Positions 22,254-35,217 of a stretch of DNA of 64,000 nucleotides are shown here, one piece after another (position 1 is the first letter of the stretch; every line of letters starts with the position of its first letter). The DNA is from Fistulifera solaris (lineage: Eukaryota). The position numbers and the translations under genes were made by a program. The DNA lies in the NCBI GenBank assembly GCA_030295235.1, contig AP026123.1, positions 2,294,001-2,358,000 on the forward strand. The letters run 5' to 3'. Below the pieces are notes generated by a model. The model ran no database searches, had not been told where the DNA came from, and was given only the letters and a program-made list of their open reading frames with translations.

Positions 22254-25200
22254 CTAGCGCTTGAGCGTGCGTTGCTTTTCGGCAGCAATTACCGTACGGC
22301 TTGAATCGACCATCAAGCCTTTTCGTTGCCTTACCTGCCGAATGTATTTCAGCGCAATATTGCCCATACCAGTTGAACTATCTCCGGTCCGTTCTAACTC
22401 GCCAAAATCTTCTCTTTCTTCTTGACTAGTTGGAATCCAGAAAGGATCTTCGTCCAGGAGTTCCCAGTGGCTGAAGATTAACTCAGGAGCTGTCACTTCG
22501 CCGCTGGTTTTTCGGAAAAGCTCTGTAGCCAGCCCAAACGACTCTGCTTGTGGTATCAAGGCAGATATAAGCAACAAGTCCGTACCGTCTACCATTGTGT
22601 CTTCCGTAACCTTTCCTCGACGCTTGCTCAAAACCGAGTACAATGATCCTAGCCCCGTGAGAGAAGAATGAAGTGTTAATTGGAGAACACCCTCGACAAG
22701 CCGAGCGGGGCGACTGATGAGGGCGCTTCGAATAGCGGTCCGAACAGCCGAGACAACCATTCCTCCCGAAAATGATTTTGCCGGACCATAAATATCATCT
22801 TTCAAGGTCAAAGCAATTTCAACACCCTCTAGTACGACAAGAACGTGTCGGTTAGGCTCTTCGCAAATCCATCCAGATCGAACGGCCATTTGAAAGCCTG
22901 CAACACTGGACTTTCTCATGTCACGATTCCATATCCGGAATGCAGCTTCATCGACGTCTGATTTCGGTGTCTCATCAGGTTCTACGCGTTGCTGAGTTGA
23001 GCGGATAGATTTGCGCAATGAATCATAGGCGTCCTTTTGCTCCGATTCTGTGACAGATAACTGCTGAATGTCTTCCTCAACAGGGTTGCCGGATGTGTCG
23101 TTCAACGAAAAAACTTCACCGCTCTGTGCTAGTACTCCTTTTATCGATGATCCTGTTTTCATTCCGTTGGTCTCCATGAGCCCGTTACCATTGCTATCCA
23201 GGAAGTATAAAAGATTAGACACCTCACTCAAAATCTGCTTAGCAGTTTCATCGCTATGCGTGCTAGCAGTCTGGCTTTCGAGTCCCAAGCCTCGCCCAAG
23301 TATTAAAATGTCGCGAATAGTATCATCGTCTGGACTGAATGAGCGGTCTTGCTCGTGTAATTTTAACGCTTTAACAATTGACGGTGCAAACGGAACCGCC
23401 CTTACACTAATGGCAGCTCCTTTCCCTGTCAAGAAAATACGCGATCTTCCATGACGCGCTAAAGCCACGCCTTCTTCTTCATTGTATGGTGGGATGGTCA
23501 TTTGTCTCAACGGCGGCCTAGTTTCGTCCTCGAAGAACGCCTCGAAGCCGTTCTCCTCTGTCTCCTTGTCAAACCAGCTTGTTGATTCACCAAAGTCTAC
23601 AATAGGATCCGATACGCGAAATTTGATTCCTTCCTTATTGCAATAGACGCGTTCCAAGTCAATCAGCGATTGCTCAAGATGAAGTTCGCCTAAAGCAGCA
23701 AGAAGCTTTTCACCTCGGGCTGTCGAGGTAACCTCGATAGCTGCATCCGCCAACGACAACTTGACTAGACCTCGCTCTAAAGCATCTCCATCTCCAGCGT
23801 TCTCTGGTTCGATGCTCACCTTGACAAGAGGACGTAAATTGTTGCCAGTGAAACCTTTAATGGGCATAGCTCCTTTGTCATTACAGAGTGTTACCGTTTT
23901 AAAAGGAACACCTTCCAAATTAGAGACAGCACAAAGATGCCCCGCTGGTACCTCTGGAACACATATGAATGAAGAGCCCATGAGAAGAAAGAGTCGAACA
24001 GTCCGCTGTAAAGGTTCATCAGTCGATGACGCAGGATACTTTGGGCCGAACAAATGATAAGCGTCACCAGTTCGTAAGAATCCCGACAGCACACGTGCTA
24101 AGCCCAGCAAGACCGTGGGTTCACCATTGTCAGGGAGATGTGGGTCTCTGATTTGAGACCTGTTTGTACTAATATACTTGCTTACATGGGCGACGGCTGG
24201 GGCCTGAGGTGTGGCATCGCACGCTTTTACGCAGTTTTGTATACCATTCCACGTTTCTTGCACCACTGAGGTATCCGTGAAATGTTCACAAAGGCTCAAT
24301 ACATTTCCTCTGACGGCCGATACTGCATGTTCGGGTGATGGGCAATATTCACAAATGGTATCCAAAATGGCGGGTGCCAAGGGACGATATCGACGTAACA
24401 GTGCACGAAGAAACAATTCTTCATTGCTCGCCGCAACTGCACTTTGCAGTTGTTTCAGCTCGTCTAAGGTAGATGGAAGTTTGGCATCCATCGATGTACA
24501 ACCTGTTTCGAGTGCTTCCAAGAGTGACTGCGCGAGCTCCTCGGTCAGGTTCAATTTTTGATTGCGATTCTCATGCATAGCTGCCGCCGTAGAAGTCGCT
24601 TGGTAGATCATCCAAAGCGGCTTTAAGACGTATTTTGCAAACATGGGCTCATCGTGACTTCCCTGCTTCCATTTTAATACCTTGCTGTTGACATATTTGA
24701 CACCGGAAAAGAGTGTTTGCTTCAAAATAACCGGTTTGATCGGCAGGACTTTTTGTCGAAACAGCGATCGAGCCATGGACTGAACAGTGAAACCCCATCC
24801 AAAAAGAGCCGAACAAAAGATCACGTTGCCTACTGCCGGGTCGAAGTTCCAGCACGCCTCGTACGTTTCATCCTCTTCCTGTTCTCCCAACGACGCGGCC
24901 GATCGTAGCATGGCGGAAGCGGCCGCATTCACGGTTTCTAGTAAGGTTCGAAGACGCAGGTAACTTTCGGTGGGATCCAAGCCGAGATCCGTAAACAAAC
25001 GATCAATTTTGTTGATGACCAGAACAGGAACCAGTCGATGCATGTACGCTTCTCGCAGTACTTGATGCGTTCTGGGTGCCATCCCTTCCACGGCATCCAA
25101 TACTAGCAAACAGGAATCACAAGCCAGCAAGGATGAACTCACTTCCATACTAAAGTCCGTGTGACCCGGAGAATCCAATAGATGAATGATATAGTTCTCG

Positions 25201-25525
25201 GTAGCGTCCGTTTTGGGAGATTTTAAAGTGTGCTTGAGTCCGATGGCCGAACTTCGCATGGTGATGCCTCGACGCTGCTCCTCTGGATCCGAGTCCAGGT
25301 AGCGTACAGTACCAGCAATTCTTTCGGAGATAATACCATTGTATTCGATGAGATTGTCAGCAAGAGTTGTTTTTCCATGATCGACGTGCGCTAATGCAAC
25401 ATTACGAGAGAGTAGAGTGAGGAACCTACATCACACCTTGTTGATTACAGCTTCATGCGAGAGATTTTCGTACCTATGATCGTCACTAGTCTTGTAGCAG
25501 AAGGTTCGAGGAAAATAGACGACAT
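22254..25525 (-). CDS. EFL1: Elongation factor-like GTPase 1 (60S maturation); intron 25391-25473
   Basis: Spliced IIAHVDHGKTTLAD, RYLDSDPEEQRRGITM, LLDSPGHTDF, NKID, GELHLE; C-terminal DEDPFWIPTSQEEREDFG and IAAEKQRTLKR typical of EFL1/Ria1. Confidence 0.92.
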
Positions 25526-26013
25526 GCGTGTTGAGATGATCTTTCGCTTCTCTTATCGATAAAGGGGTTGCTTCTTTGATTTATCGTCTCTTTGTTTCGT
25601 TTTTATTCGTTTTTTTTTGTGGTTCATAGCGTCGCGTGTCTCATTCTTGCGCGCGTCTCGATAATTAAAGTCACGGGTTGAGCTGGGCGTATGACGTCAT
25701 ACCGCGAGGAACAAGTACTATCCAGTAATATGAAAACGTTGAGTGCCGGTCAAGAAAAGTATGCTACTTACAATTTTACAGTAAGAGGACCACGAGTAGA
25801 AAATGTCAGGCACTCTACTTCATAGAGTACATGAAACGGAGTATTTTTCCGACCCGCAAGATGCAACGAATGCCTCTCACAAAAACCAGAGCGAAAAACG
25901 AAAACGAAGATCCTTCTCCTTGCTTTTTCCATCCGATCCAACCTATTCCCAAGCATTCTTGCGCAAAGAAAGGACCGAACTTGATAAGGACCGTAGACAG
26001 GGCGAAGACTAGC

Positions 26014-27311
26014 ATGGCCAAGGAAGCCATAGGTGAGGAGCAATGTCATAAGATTCTAGCGATTATCCAGTATCTCGACAAGAATGGTTTTCCCAAGGTT
26101 GCCAAAAAGCTCAAACGTAAACTAAAGGAGAAAGTCGACGGATCATTACCGAGTAGTATCAAAGGACAGTGGATCTGGGAAGGTCACGAGACTAAAGCCA
26201 CGGAGGAAGAGCGTGAAAAATCGAAAAAGGAAAAGAAAAAGCAAGAAGGAGAAAAAAGCCAAAAGCAAGTCCAAGTCGAAACCAATAGACGACTCTGACG
26301 ATTCGATTGACGACAGCGAGTCATCCGAGGAAGTGTCATCGAAAAGAGTAAGAAGAAGATATCAAAGAGTAAGAATGATAAGTCGAAACGAGTAGATGAC
26401 TCTGACGAGTCGACCGACGACAGCGAGTCATCGGAAGCCGAATCTACGAATAAGAGCAAGAAAAAGCGATCTAAAAGCAAGGCAAAGCCGAAACCGGTAG
26501 ACTCAGACAATTCGATCGATGATAGTGATTCATCTGAAGACGAAACTTTGAAAAATACGGCATTCAAGGGCAAGTCAAAGTCGAAACCCATGGTGGACTC
26601 TGACGATTCGATCGATGATAGTGAGTCATCGAGCGATGAATCTTTGAAAGAAAGCAAGCAATGCAACAGCAAGTCAAAGCCAAAACCGGTAGTAGACTCG
26701 GACGACTCGATCGATGACAGTGAGTCATCCGACGACGAAGTTATGAAAAAGACAACTTCGAATGGTAAGTCAAAGTCGAAATCCGTAGTAGACTCTGACG
26801 ATTCGATGGATGATAGTGAGTCATCGGACGATGAAGCTTTGAAAACGACCAAAAGGGAAAACAAGCTATTGCAAAAGAATTCGATGAATCGTGCTCTAGC
26901 GACGATTATTCGTCTCAAAACAGCTCGGAAAAGAACACAAAAAAGAAGAATAGCGCCACGAAAAAACAAAAAGAAGATTCGTCAGAGAGTTCAGTCGATG
27001 ACTCGGAGACATTGAGAGAAAAGGAAAGACAGGCACGCCGAAAGAAGAAAGACGGCAAAGGATTATCTTCAAAGAAATCAAGGCCCAAAATACAACGAGC
27101 GGTATCATTTTCTGATGACGAGCACGTTGTCCATCTTCTGTCGCCTATGCAACGTGGCGAGAAAGAGAATTGCTTTTACAATAAAGCGGATCTCAAACGC
27201 TTTCAACAAGAAAATAGGGATGAAAAAGTCCAAGCGGCAAATCAAAGCCTCCAGGATATGATCGCAGCAGCGGGGGTCACCATGGGATATACGCTCCCTT
27301 TTCCCTCATAG
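26014..27311 (+). CDS. Lys/Ser/Asp-rich repeat protein with a LisH-like N-terminus (Nopp140/SRP40-like composition); several frameshifts in A-runs
   Basis: ILAIIQYLDKNGFPKVAKKL followed by alternating KSKSKP and DSDDSIDDSESS blocks across ORFs 25831-26298, 26213-26395, 26548-27015 and 27012-27311. Confidence 0.55.
26265..26845 (+). repeat. About six degenerate coding tandem units of roughly 96-108 bp
   Basis: GACTC(T/A/G)GAC.ATTCGATCGATGATAGTGAGTCATC-like core near 26291, 26398, 26500, 26596, 26695 and 26791. Confidence 0.85.
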
Positions 27312-27536
27312 CTCATAGATACGCGTGTGTGGTAAAGGTAGACATTCTACCTATCAACTAAAGAGTGCTACATGATAGACAAGATGCTGAGAGTAAAAGA
27401 TGATTCTAATCAATATGCTTTATAAATTTATGAAATTTCATATACAAGTAACGCGAGAGTATAGAAGCTCTCGAAATGATACAGGAAATCAGTGTTTTTG
27501 AAGCTTTGCCTTTTCCGCGTCGCGAAAGTGTACGTT

Positions 27537-29273
27537 TTAAGCGTTCCATTTTCGCCAGCGTCGTACCGGTGCTTTCACTGGCGTTGCGACCGGTGTTGGA
27601 GCTGGAGCCTTTACTGGAGTTGCCACAGGCGTCGGAGCAGGTGCCTTTACTGGAGTTGCCACAGGCGTCGGAGCTGGTGCCTTTACTGGAGTTGCCACTG
27701 GAGTCGGAGCTGGAGCCTTCACTGGAGTTGCCACTGGCGTCGGAGCAGGGACGGGGGCTTTCACTGGTGAAGCCACGGGTACCTGACCGCATCCATTGGA
27801 TATACACGTGACTTGACTGGCCCAATTGCAGACTTGCTTCGATCCATCAAAAGAAGACCCGTCGAGCATTTCACTTCTCCTCCTATTTGAACTCCATTTT
27901 GGCACGTGATGAATCCAGTACAAGCACTTGATGGGACCAAGCCCGTAAAACCACTTGGACAACAAGCTACGGAGGTAGGAGAAGCCACTGGAGACGGCGG
28001 CTTCACTGGAGCTGCTACAGGCGTAGGAACAGCCACTGGTGACGGCGGCTTCACTGGAGTTGCTACAGGTGTAGGTACGGCCACTGGGGACGGCGGCTTC
28101 ACTGGCGCTGCTACAGGCGTGGGCACAGCCACTGGAGACGGTGGCTTCACTGGAGCGGATACCGGTGTCGGGGCTTGCACAGGCGGAGCAACAGGAGTTG
28201 GAGGACTGGGGAGACTTGCGGAACACCCTCGATTAACTTGCAAGGCCGTATTGACGGTTTGAGACCATTGACCATTTACATCGTGTGCTGCAACCCAAAA
28301 GAAAGCACCTCCGTGGCAGCTGTAAGCCGTGTTCACCTGATCCATGACGGCTTTCGCGGCAGCAGCTCCCGTGTTACTGCCTGTTCCAGCGCAATCACTG
28401 ATGCAGAAGCCAAGAACGAGGCGATCCGCTTGTCCATTGAAAAGCGTGGTGACGAGGTTCTGATAGTGAGCAGATGTCTTAACTGTACCAACGCCTGCGT
28501 TGAAAAATCCATCTCTTGCCGGTCGCGTAATTCCATTGTAGTATTGCGGCATGAGAAAGTCAATGGAGCTGCTGACACTTTGTAGCATGGTCAAATAGTC
28601 CGATCCGGCGACGAGATCGGCGTCCATTGGAGCATGGGTGACGAGTGCATTCGCCGGAAGTTTGCTGCGAAGTCCTGTCGTCACCTGTTTGAGAAAGTTG
28701 ATAGCTTGAGCCCCCTTGGTGAATCCAGAACCGTTCTGATTGTTTTCGTAAAAGTATTCGTAATCAATGTCGACACCGTCCATGTTGAGCTCGTTAACAA
28801 TCTGGACTAGACGGTCGACGACTTGAGTTTCCCGTCCAAAACAATATTCCCAGCAGTCATTGACGTCTCCCGCCCAGCTTCCTCCCATTCCGGCACCACC
28901 GAAACTCAACACAATTTTCTTTCCTCTGGCGTGAAGGTCGTTGATCAGGTTGGGATTGGGAGCATTGTTGCAGATGGGCGGTGTGGCGATTTCGCACGTC
29001 GGACTGCAAATGTTCTTGGATGGACTCCATGTATACGAAACCGCAAAAGATAGCATGATATGAGTGTATTGATCCAGCTGCGCTGCTGTAGGGCATGCTT
29101 GCCAGTTTCCTAGAAAGGCAACCTGAGCGTTGTCGAAGTGTGAGCGCACATTTTGTTCTTCGTGAAGATGATCGCGCGCGCTGAAATCTTACCATGCGGT
29201 TGTCTTCTTTCACCAAGGCGTTGGCGAAGGAAACGCAAACACATAGAATGTTTAAAAGTCGAGTAATTGACAT
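27537..29273 (-). CDS. GH18 chitinase, secreted, with Pro/Thr/Val linkers and a CBM14-like (chitin-binding type 2) domain; intron 29123-29192; frameshift near 27850
   Basis: Signal MSITRLLNILCVCVSFANA; NMDGVDIDYEY; MPQYYN; Cys domain CCPSGFTG...CTGFITCQNG...CSTGLL(F)DGSKQVCNWASQVTC; PVAAPVKPPSPVAVPT and PVATPVKAPAPT repeats. Confidence 0.9.
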
Positions 29274-30142
29274 GGTCGACGAGCTTGTAATTACTTCCTC
29301 TTGGCTTTTGATTTTATGTGACAATGAATGATGATTGAGAATGGATGCCGAATGCCGATGCACATCGGAGTGGAAATGTACGTTAGAACGTGTGTATGAC
29401 TTCCTCAAGACCAAGAACAAGATAATGACCTAAAAAGAAGTAATGAAAGATGAAAGGTCATTCATTCATGTCCCAAGACGTTATCTAGAGAGAAAAATAT
29501 ACACCGAACGATATAGCGAAAAAAACGAATAATCGAGGTTCAAGATTATTCAAGATGATTTGGTGATAACGCAAGGGTCATTGAAATTGTCACTATCAAC
29601 TTAACTTCTGAAGAGTATACTCCGTATCCGGCAACTCCGTACTTTGTAACCTACTCCGAATTTTCTGTTACGTGGACAAGGGACAAGTTCCAATTTCCTT
29701 CAATGCTACTCCGTAAACCATAATGACTTTCACTTTCGGAATCCGTAATCCGTACCAGGTAATCCATGCCAGTGGGTTCGTAATTCGTAATGCTTTTTCC
29801 CTTTGTAGGGGCTTACCAGTATCAATTTGTTATGTTCGTGCTACTTTACCAGTAAGATTGGGCTATAATAAAGAAGCGCATCTGAAAAAAAAACGCCAGA
29901 AGGGCAATAATAAATTTACGAATAATGACCTGGACCCAGTTTCTCCTTTTTCCCGAGATGAACGGGAATGTATTTCATTCACGGTCATGACGCAGCGTTT
30001 AGTTCACGCGTTTGCGAAACAGGGCGAATGACAAAGAACACGAACGTTTCTATCATTCAATTCATTCATTACAATATATTCATTCGTATGCGTTTGCGAT
30101 TATAGCATCCAATTTGAATAGATAACTAAGTTTTTTATCATT

Positions 30143-33100
30143 ATGTTCGACGGTCAGTTTCGGACCCGCCGGAACGTAAATTTGGGCGGAAAGACGAGTC
30201 GCAGCCGGAAGGAAATTCTGGAAGATAGCAAGCGTCAGCGACAAGATCGTGAAAAGGCACAACGGCGAGAAAAATGTGCTATCTATGTACAAAAATTGCG
30301 GAGAGGGGCGCAGGCGAGAAAGAAGCTGATCGAACAGCTGGAACATTCGTTGACACACGTTACCGGCATTGACACCTACACACGAAACCTCGATGTCCTC
30401 TTACGATTGTACAGCGGATCGAAAATACCGGACGCAAATGTCGAAATATGGCTGAGAAATTATTCCCTAATGCTTCAAGGCCACGGAACGCAGCTAAGAG
30501 AAGGAATTCTCGCGAAATGGGTGATACGAGCGACCCTTTTGTGGATGCAACAAGCACCGACCGCCATCGCTGAGAGAGATGCGATTTGTTCGGTGATTCT
30601 TGAGCATATTTTGTCGCAAAAAGATTATGTACGACAAAATCTTGGATACGATTCAGGGTATAGCTTAGCAGTCGACACGATGCTTACCACAACGAACAGC
30701 CGGTTGACACAGTTGATTTGCGACACCATCTTCCTTGCTACACCTCGCCCGGCTGGAGAAGCAGTCTTGGGTGCTCTTTCTTTGCTGCAGTCTTCCAAAG
30801 TGGATTGGCAGAAGCTACAAGCTTTGTACGAGTCGCTATCCGAGTCAACGGCGATTGATCCACGATATATTTATCTAAGGGATACAGTGGATAAAATTGC
30901 TGCGCAACACGGTCTCGCGATGCTACGTTCTGTGCTAAGTTTACCGTCTACAAATGCTGTTCAAACTGGTGTCGTAGTTGGAATTACGAACAAATTAATG
31001 GCGAGGTCAACTGCTGTTCCATTCTTTTGCAGTCTTTTGGTTCGTGACGAAGACCCTGTGAAAGTACTGTCGTCTTCTCCAGAACGTTCCGTTGCGACTC
31101 CCATCAATACAGATGAAAATGATAGCAGTAGCGACGAGGAAGACGAATGGAGTTTAAGAAGAACATCGAATACCGTTCCTTCAAATAAAGTTTCGTCCGT
31201 AGCACGCGCGACAATGAGGCATGAAATCAAGACAGCCGCTCAGCTGGACCGTGTCATGAGCGCCGAGTATCAGAGTTGGCGCAACCAGTCCTTGGAACTT
31301 TTACGGAGTGCAAACAATGAGCGGGCTATCGCTGTTGCACGCGAAATCGTTGACGCGCGTCGTTGGATCAAGTGGAGTGCTGATCTCGTTCGGCCGTCAG
31401 ATAGCATGGAAATCGTGGGGACTGAGGACATGTTTGCACTGCTGGGCCAGTTGTTGAAGCCACTGACAGGCCTTACTGTCCGACAAAGTTCTCGTAGTAC
31501 GTTTTTGTCACAGTTGGCCTTTGAGCCAAGTATTTCGGAGCACTTGTGGTTTTACACGCAAAGGTTCGGTGAGCAAACTCATGACGCATCTTTTCTTACA
31601 GCCATGTCTGCATTCTGCGACCTTCTTTCGCATCGGCTCATCGCCATGCTGGATAGCCAGTTTCTTGAGCAATACAACAGTGCGGGTAGTCGAATTCGTG
31701 CAGGAGATGCTATTCTGCGAGTCAAGCAGATCTTGTTTAGTCTGTACTGGGAAAAGCCCGTGAAAACAGGGGACTTTAATGGGGTTTTTGACACCAGATA
31801 TTCTGTTGATGGCCTAAGAGCGCGTCTCTTTCTCACCGGTACGAAACTTTGGAATAGCTTACACGATCGATGGTGTCGTCTTTTACGTCACGCAGAGATC
31901 TGTGACGAATCGAATTGGTTGTTTCCTGACTTCTCGTCGTTCGGAGATAGCAATGCTGTGGTTCGCGGCAACACGCCAACTAATGACGACCAGATGGATC
32001 TCGACGAAAGTGAAGACGAGCAGATGACAGGAGACGATCTAGATCAGCTTGCAGATGTTTTCAGTGATCCAAAAATGGGGCGTGTCCTTACGTCTATACC
32101 TCAAGCTCTGCCCTTTGATCGCCGTGTTCGACTATTTCAGTCGCTGCTTAATAATGACAAGCAAACGACTCAAAATGACGAGGCGGCGGCTCGATCAGCA
32201 TTAGTTAATATGCTTAGAGGTGAAGACGTTGACATGATGAGCGGCCGTGAACGTGTTAGTATTCGGCGAGATCGTCTTTATTCGGATTCCATGGAGACTC
32301 TGAACAAACTTGGCTCTCGTCTTCGCCGGCGCGTCCAAGTCAGCTTTGTAAATCAGCACGGTGCTGCTGAAGCTGGAATCGACGGAGGTGGGGTCTTCAA
32401 AGAATTTATTGACGATTTGATCAAAGACGCGTTTTTGAGGCCGCAGGGTTCTACTGCTACGCACCAGCTATTTTCAGTTACTCAACAGCAAACGCTTGCC
32501 GTGAATACATCACTTGTTGTTGACCAAAAATTCTGGACCAATACGAATTCCTGGGACGTGTCTTGGGAAAAGCAGTATATGAATCCATTCTTGTAGATCC
32601 GCAATTCTGCTTGCCATTCTTAAATCAGCTGCTGGGCAAACGAAACTCTCTAGAGGATCTTAAGAATTATGACCTGGAGTACTATCGGAACCTTATCAAG
32701 CTTCTTTCTCTGTCAGCTGAAGAAATTGAAAGTTTATGCTTGACGTTTGAAGTTACGATTGGTGACGAACGAACGGGGAAGGTTCACATGGTTGACTTGA
32801 TCGCAAACGGTCGAAATGTAGCCGTGACAAAGCAAAGCGTAATACAGTATGTTCATTTGGTGGCGAACCATCGCCTAAATGTCATCTCGGCTGCACAGAC
32901 CAAAGCTTTTTTGAGCGGCTTCCGCGATCTAATCCCCGCGCCATGGGTGCGCCTTTTCTCATCTTACGAATTGCAAAAACTTATTTCGGGTGATGATCGA
33001 GGTATAGACGTTCTGTCATTAAAAGATGCTATGCAATACGCATCGGGATATCATCCGTCGCAAGAGGTTGTGAAATGGTTCTGGGAGATTGTGTGCGAAA

Positions 33101-33387
33101 TGAGCGCAGAACAACAACAAAAATTGTTGAAATTTATGACATCTTGTTCGCGCCAACCTTTGCTTGGGTTTTCATCCCTCGAACCCTCTCCGTGCCTGCA
33201 ACAAATTCGTCTGCCGAGTTCTTTGCGCGAGACCACGAATCTTGACTTGTTGGCGAAGACAACCCCTCTCCCGACGGCTTCTACTTGCATGAATCTTCTG
33301 AAACTCCCAAATTATCCCAACAAACAGCTCATGAAGTGGAAAATACTTGCAGCCATAGAAGCTGGAGCCGGGTTCGAGCTTACATGA
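30143..33387 (+). CDS. HECT E3 ubiquitin ligase, UBE3C/UPL6-7-like with an IQ motif; frameshift in the A-run at 32526-32530
   Basis: MFDGQFRTRRNVNLGG start, IQ-like YVQKLRRG, IPQALPFDRRV, EAGIDGGGVFKEF, FMTSCSRQPLLGF, LPTASTCMNLLKLP (catalytic Cys), GFELT end. Confidence 0.92.
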
Positions 33388-33962
33388 CACTTTTAGCATG
33401 ACAGATGATATTACTAATTATCAACATGAATGTTGGCTTTGGAGGACGCGTTGTGGTCAAGGCATCATCGTCAATTTTTGGCTTTCAGATCGAAGGTCAA
33501 TAATGATGAGAAGGCTAACAGGATCCACTAAGTTCCGAGCGTCTTACCATATACTTGTGCAACAAGTAGGTCCATTGTTTTGCTAGAATGTGAGGACCAA
33601 AGCTCTTTTCGTTTGAACATGCTTGGAATTCCTAGGAACTCTTCAACTTCTGTTGCCTACCTAAGCGAGAGATCACCATAGGTCTCTCTAGCCGACAAAG
33701 GGAAAGATGCAAGATTGATTTTCTGCGTACATTGCTCGAGCTCGGGGCCCCAAACGCGATCAAAATAAATTTAGACTCAATGAACAAGTATAATGTATCA
33801 CTCAAGTGCACTACCAAAGACGAAGTAATGTACTACGTAATGTACATTACGTACGTAGCCACCATTTCTCGATATTTCCATTTTCTCATTCTCGTCACTT
33901 TCTTATCTTCATTTTTTCTTCGCCCCAGCGCTTGTTCATCTCTTAACATAAGACCTTTGGCA

Positions 33963-34831
33963 ATGAAATCGAAAATAACTCTTGCGCTCGTCATCATTAC
34001 TGTAGCAATCACGGCATGTGAAGCCAGTGTAGATCGAATTCAGCCACACGATCACACAGGAAAGCTGGCGCCTTACTTCCCGAGACCTTTTTTCCGAGAT
34101 CAAGTTGACGCCCCAAGACGAGGCTCAACTTGCTCGTGGTAAACCCGTGCTGAAGCAAATAGAAGGCGAGGGTGTCGTCTGCATACAAGATATCCATGCA
34201 CCCAAGGCAGCGGTGTGGAACCAAATTCTCGATTTTGGAATGTAGTAAGTATCCTTGCAGTCACTATCTACTGACTCGTAACCAAGATCTAAGCTTCATC
34301 CAACGCTCACAGCAAGAAGAAAGTCAATTTAGTACTTCACAGTAGTAATTATTACGTCGACAAGAGCAACGAAGAGGCTAAAAGGATCAAGACAAAAGTG
34401 AAACTGGGAATTCTTCCTGGCTATTCGGTATGTAAAGCACGAGTCTGCTGTCTCTGCATATTCATATCGCCCATCTGATCCTTTGAATCAACGACGTTTA
34501 GTACGATTTGTACTATGATCACATTTTCTACCCGCAGAAAGATAGCATGACATGGACATTAGATTACTCGAGGAAATCTGACATGGATGACGTTTCCGGG
34601 CAATGGCACATAGAAGAGCGCGATAATGGTTCGAAGACACGAGTCTTTTGTGCTTGCGATGTCTTACTTCGAGAATTTGTTCCTGTGTCTATAATGAGTT
34701 CCATTTCGAGGGCTGCTTTGAAATTGGCGACCGGCTGGGTTAAGAAGCAAAGTGAGCAAAATGCTGATAGTTTTCATGTGGCTGAACAGTTTGGATATAG
34801 ACGCATGACGCCGGTCGCTGTAGCAGTGTAG
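33963..34831 (+). CDS. Secreted SRPBCC/cyclase-fold-like hypothetical protein; intron-containing and disrupted, exon structure uncertain (possible pseudogene)
   Basis: Signal peptide MKSKITLALVIITVAITACEA; segments QPHDHTGKLAPY, CIQDIHAP..VWNQILDF, MTWTLDYSRKSDMDDVSGQWHIE, ALKLATGWVKKQSE in shifting frames. Confidence 0.5.
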
Positions 34832-35217
34832 GTCAGTGCAATCTTAGACATGGCATTTTTGGCTGTCATGGACCTTTGGCTTGTTGCGAATTAAACTACC
34901 GCCCTAATAGTAAAGGTGCTGCGAGATACAAGTACGTAGTACGGAGTTCTGTCTTACCTTAGCAACCCGGAGTCGGAACATTCTTCTGCCGAACACCAAA
35001 GCGATTTCGTTGTCTAGTTTAATCTTATTTCGTTGTCTAGTTTAATTTAAAAAAAACATTTAGCACGTCAACTAGTAACTGCTCCGTAGTGCATAAATCG
35101 CGTCATGGTTTGATTATAGAAATATTATGAATGCGAGTGAATGCAGCCGTGAGTCGTGAACAATATTTGCTCGCTAGGTCACGACGCAACAATTATACCT
35201 GGTAGCAGGACAATAAT

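Noticed and set aside
26265..26845. Regularly spaced ~35-bp repeats resembling a CRISPR array
   Set aside because: The units are degenerate, encode DSDDSIDDSESS and have related spacers; eukaryotic context with no cas genes.
27570..28200. 36-bp and 48-bp tandem repeats
   Set aside because: Coding Pro/Thr/Val linkers of chitinase 2.
35004..35046. 20-bp direct repeat ATTTCGTTGTCTAGTTTAAT x2
   Set aside because: Most simply a local slippage duplication in a convergent 3' spacer.
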